Source: Chthonomonadales bacterium
GTDB taxonomy: Bacteria; Armatimonadota; Chthonomonadetes; Chthonomonadales; Chthonomonadaceae
Length of the DNA stretch: 18,284 nt
Assembly: GCA_038217285.1 (NCBI GenBank)
Contig: JBBQPO010000113.1
Coordinates: forward strand, 1 to 18,284
Direction: 5' to 3'
The notes beneath the pieces were generated by a model. The model had not been told where the DNA came from. It saw only the letters and a list, made by a program, of their open reading frames with translations, and ran no database searches. Below are positions 15,522-18,284 of the stretch, piece by piece; position 1 is the stretch's first letter; each line of letters starts with the position of its first letter. The translations under genes were made by a program, and so were the position numbers.

Positions 15522-15692
15522 TCCCTCTCCTCCTCGCCCTATGATTTTTCACCTTTCAGTTTGGCATGGATTGTGCAATTTTTAAGTCTTGGGAGTGAAC
15601 TTGTGGTTCCTATGTGCGGACGGCCAATTCGGAGTTTCGTAAAGAATCTGAACGTCACTGGCCCTCTGTTTCCCAAAAAGGAGATTTACTAC

Positions 15693-16514
15693 GTGGTACG
15701 ATTTCACAACGCTTTTGTTGCCTGCGCTCTCTTCAGCGTAACGCTGGGCGCGCAATCCGCTTTCGCCCAAGCACCGGCGGCGACCTATCTGTTCAATAAC
15801 ACGTTTGCCGCTGTCGAAGCCGGTAAACCGGCGTTGGTGCCTGTCGACCCGCAAAGCACCAGTGTGTTCGAAAACGATACGGTGTTCGGGCAGTCACGCA
15901 CGGTCTATCACTTCATCGGCACGACCACACCGGCGAATCAGGCTGGCCTTACTCTCAACACTACCGGCCTGGTCACCCCCAATAACTACTCTGCCGAACT
16001 TGTCTTCGAACTCTTCGATAGGACGAATGCGTACCGGCGGCTTCTGGATGTGCAGAACCGGCAGTCGGATAACGGCTTCTATGTCAACCCTTCCAACAAC
16101 CTGGAGCTCTTTCCTGTGTCGGGCGGCAGCGGGGGTTTTACCACGAGCGTCTATCATCACGTGGTTCTGACCGATGCCAGTGACAACACGGTGAAAGCCT
16201 ATCTGGATGGCAGTCTGGCATTTACAGCGACAGCTTCGCTCATGCATCTCGACAGCGATCTGGCGAACAACCCGAATCACTTACTCACTTTCTTCCTCGA
16301 CAATACTGCCGGTGGTGGACAGGGAGAGTACTCGACCGGCAGAATCGCTCTGGCGCGTGTTTATGATGGGGTCCTGACTGGGCAGCAGGTGTCCAGTCTC
16401 GCGAGCAACCCATTTGCCGCACCCTCCACCCCGGAACCTGGCAGCATCGCCCTGCTTACCGGCCTATTCCTCTCCGGCAGTGTATTCGTAGGGCGCCGCC
16501 GTCGCCGCAAATAG
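15693..16514 (+). CDS. PEP-CTERM sorting domain protein with a LamG/concanavalin A-like beta-sandwich
   Basis: AAGGAG RBS with GTG at 15693; signal peptide ending AFA-Q; YHHVVLT...KAYLDG...RVYDGVLT (LamG-like); C-terminal TPEPGSIALL-TM-RRRRRK. Confidence 0.88.
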   Translation: MVRFHNAFVACALFSVTLGAQSAFAQAPAATYLFNNTFAAVEAGKPALVPVDPQSTSVFENDTVFGQSRTVYHFIGTTTPANQAGLTLNTTGLVTPNNYSAELVFELFDRTNAYRRLLDVQNRQSDNGFYVNPSNNLELFPVSGGSGGFTTSVYHHVVLTDASDNTVKAYLDGSLAFTATASLMHLDSDLANNPNHLLTFFLDNTAGGGQGEYSTGRIALARVYDGVLTGQQVSSLASNPFAAPSTPEPGSIALLTGLFLSGSVFVGRRRRRK

Positions 16515-16537
16515 TCCCAGGCCCACCGATCCCTTTT

Positions 16538-16566
16538 GCCTCCAGCCCTTCTGCTGGAGGCTTTTT
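16538..16566 (+). terminator. Rho-independent terminator
   Basis: GCCTCCAGC-ccttct-GCTGGAGGC-TTTTT, 23 nt after the stop codon. Confidence 0.85.
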
Positions 16567-16896
16567 AACGATTCTATGTCGCCGTGACCAGCTCCTCATT
16601 TCATTAAGTGATGCCTGCCGCGACCGTTGAGTCATGGTCTGTGTCGAGAAGCCGCCCGTCTCGTGATGCATAGCGCCAGAGACCACAAGAGGTCGGTGCC
16701 GTAACAGGGCTGTCCGGTCCCCCTGCCCACGTTGCGGAGAATAGATCCATTTTACCACTTATGGAGGACAAGACGATGCAGGCGACGTATTGAGCGGTAG
16801 GCCAGATCGGCTAGCGCATCAGGCACCGCCCAGGATTCCCGGTGGCTCAACCCTTCGCCTGCCTTTCTCGATCCCACGAAATAATGAGGACAAGCA

Positions 16897-17883
16897 ATGG
16901 AAACGATGAATCTAGGCAAGACCGGACTAAAGGTGTCGCGCATCTGTCTGGGCTGCATGAGTTATGGGGTCGCGGAGCGTGGGGCGCACCTCTGGACACT
17001 TGACGAGGAGCAGAGCCGCCCGTTCCTCAAACGCTCTCTGGAGCTGGGCATCAACTTTTTCGACACAGCCAACGTCTACTCCGACGGCACCAGCGAAGAG
17101 ATCCTCGGACGAGCCGTTCGGGACTTTGCCAGACGCGACGAACTGGTCATTGCAACCAAGGTGCATGGCCGCATGCATTCCGACGTCAACGGCGCAGGTC
17201 TCTCCCGCAAAGCCATCATGACGGAGATCGACGCCAGCCTGCTACGCCTCGGCATGGACTATGTGGACCTCTACCAGATTCACCGCTGGGACCACTCTAC
17301 CCCCATCGAGGAGACACTGGAAGCCCTGCACGACGTCGTCAAGGCCGGTAAGGCGCGCTATATTGGCGCCTCCTCCATGTACGCCTGGCAGTTCTGCAAA
17401 GCCCTTCATCTGGCGGACACGCACGGATGGACCCGCTTCGTCTCCATGCAGAACCACTATAACATGCTCTACCGCGAAGAAGAGCGGGAGATGATGGGGC
17501 TGTGCCAGACCGAGGGAGTCGGAGTCATCCCCTGGAGCCCATTGGCGCGGGGGCGGCTGGCACGGCCCTGGGAGACAGAACCCGGCACGGATCGAGCCAA
17601 AACCGACGAGTTCGGCAAGACCCTCTACAACAAGATGGAAGCCGCAGATCGAAGCGTCGTGGAGGCGGTCGGCGCTATCGCGCAGGCGCATGGAGTGTCC
17701 CGGGCGCAGATCGCTCTGGCCTGGCTGCTTTCGAAGCCAGGAGTGACCTCTCCCATTGTCGGGGCCACCAAACCGCATCACCTGGAGGATGCGGTCGCCG
17801 CGCTCAGCGTCAAGCTCTCACCCGCCGACATCGCCGCTCTGGAAACGCCCTACCAGCCGCATCCGGTCGGCGGGTTTTCTTAA
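16897..17883 (+). CDS. Aldo/keto reductase (YajO-like)
   Basis: LGKTGLKVSRICLGCM, FFDTANVYSDG, IATKV, YVDLYQIHRWD, GKARYIGAS, PWSPLARG, PIVGATK; GAGGA RBS. Confidence 0.95.
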   Translation: METMNLGKTGLKVSRICLGCMSYGVAERGAHLWTLDEEQSRPFLKRSLELGINFFDTANVYSDGTSEEILGRAVRDFARRDELVIATKVHGRMHSDVNGAGLSRKAIMTEIDASLLRLGMDYVDLYQIHRWDHSTPIEETLEALHDVVKAGKARYIGASSMYAWQFCKALHLADTHGWTRFVSMQNHYNMLYREEEREMMGLCQTEGVGVIPWSPLARGRLARPWETEPGTDRAKTDEFGKTLYNKMEAADRSVVEAVGAIAQAHGVSRAQIALAWLLSKPGVTSPIVGATKPHHLEDAVAALSVKLSPADIAALETPYQPHPVGGFS

Positions 17884-17935
17884 GGCGCTCAGCGTTCACC
17901 CGGATCGATGGAATGGGTGCCACAACCAGGAGATA

Positions 17936-17965
17936 TTGACAGGCGTGCAACCAAAATGATACAAT
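17936..17965 (+). promoter_or_regulatory. Sigma70-type promoter
   Basis: TTGACA (17936-17941), 18-nt spacer, TGa-TACAAT (17957-17965). The palindrome AAGCGGCCGCTT lies downstream at 17985-17996. Confidence 0.7.
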
Positions 17966-18101
17966 CGACTAAATAAGCCGATGTAAGCGGCCGCTTCTAT
18001 TTGCGCGTTTTTCAAATTCGGCTGATTTTCCCTTGCCCATCGGGCAGGAGATATTCGTTCCTTAAGATGTGAACGCCCCTGCGTTCAGAAAGAGTACGCA
18101 A

Positions 18102-18284
18102 ATGACAACGCAATCCACCTCGGCCAACCGTAAGGCCCTCCTGACGCACCTGACCGTCGCTGGCGGCGCGGCTCTGATCAGCACCACCGCCAATGCTCAA
18201 ATCATGAAGGTGCTTGTCAACCAGGACGTCGGCTACGCACCTGGAGATCTAGAAGCGCGGCCGAAAAGTCGCCTTCCAAACCAA
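18102..18284 (+). CDS. N-terminus of a probable secreted protein (partial or interrupted)
   Basis: MTTQSTSANRKALLTHLTVAGGAALISTTANA-QIMKVLVNQDVGYAPGDL: signal peptide with an ANA cleavage site; open to the window end. Confidence 0.6.
   Translation, partial: MTTQSTSANRKALLTHLTVAGGAALISTTANAQIMKVLVNQDVGYAPGDLEARPKSRLPNQ

Noticed and set aside
15357-15692. N-terminal 112 aa of the 385-aa ORF
   Set aside because: Antisense to the 56-aa gene; the SD, GTG and signal peptide at 15693 define the real start.
16570-16890. Intergenic region upstream of the aldo/keto reductase as an sRNA or small ORF
   Set aside because: No convincing promoter, stable structure or ORF with an SD could be identified by eye.
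1-18284. CRISPR arrays, tRNA/rRNA genes, integrases or transposases
   Set aside because: No regularly spaced repeats, cloverleaf or rRNA motifs, or recombinase/transposase ORFs were seen.

Overview
GC-rich bacterial chromosomal segment, probably from Armatimonadota (Chthonomonadales-like). This is inferred from the '[34 protein letters not shown]' prepilin/H-X9-DG protein and the 'PEPGSIALL' PEP-CTERM protein. From left to right: the 5' part of an adenylate/guanylate-cyclase-STAND ATPase gene (minus strand, running off the left edge and absent from the ORF track); three orphan genes; a two-gene imuB-dnaE2 mutagenesis cassette with a consensus sigma70 promoter, no imuA, and a probable CTG start for dnaE2; a convergent ClC H+/Cl- antiporter with a C-terminal RCK-C domain; a small membrane protein / single-HKD PLD / exported metallophosphatase operon; a prepilin-type H-X9-DG protein; and ~430 nt of non-coding, apparently highly structured sequence between a near-perfect sigma70 promoter and a 21-bp hairpin, directly upstream of a mannonate dehydratase (UxuA) family gene. 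Further right are a small-protein/TauE/small-protein cluster, a PEP-CTERM LamG-like protein, an aldo/keto reductase, and the start of a secreted protein that may be interrupted by an IS end. The best novelty candidates are the unexplained structured RNA at ~12593-13020 and the atypical imuA-less mutasome. All family calls are by motif recognition and all folds were done by eye; no searches were run.
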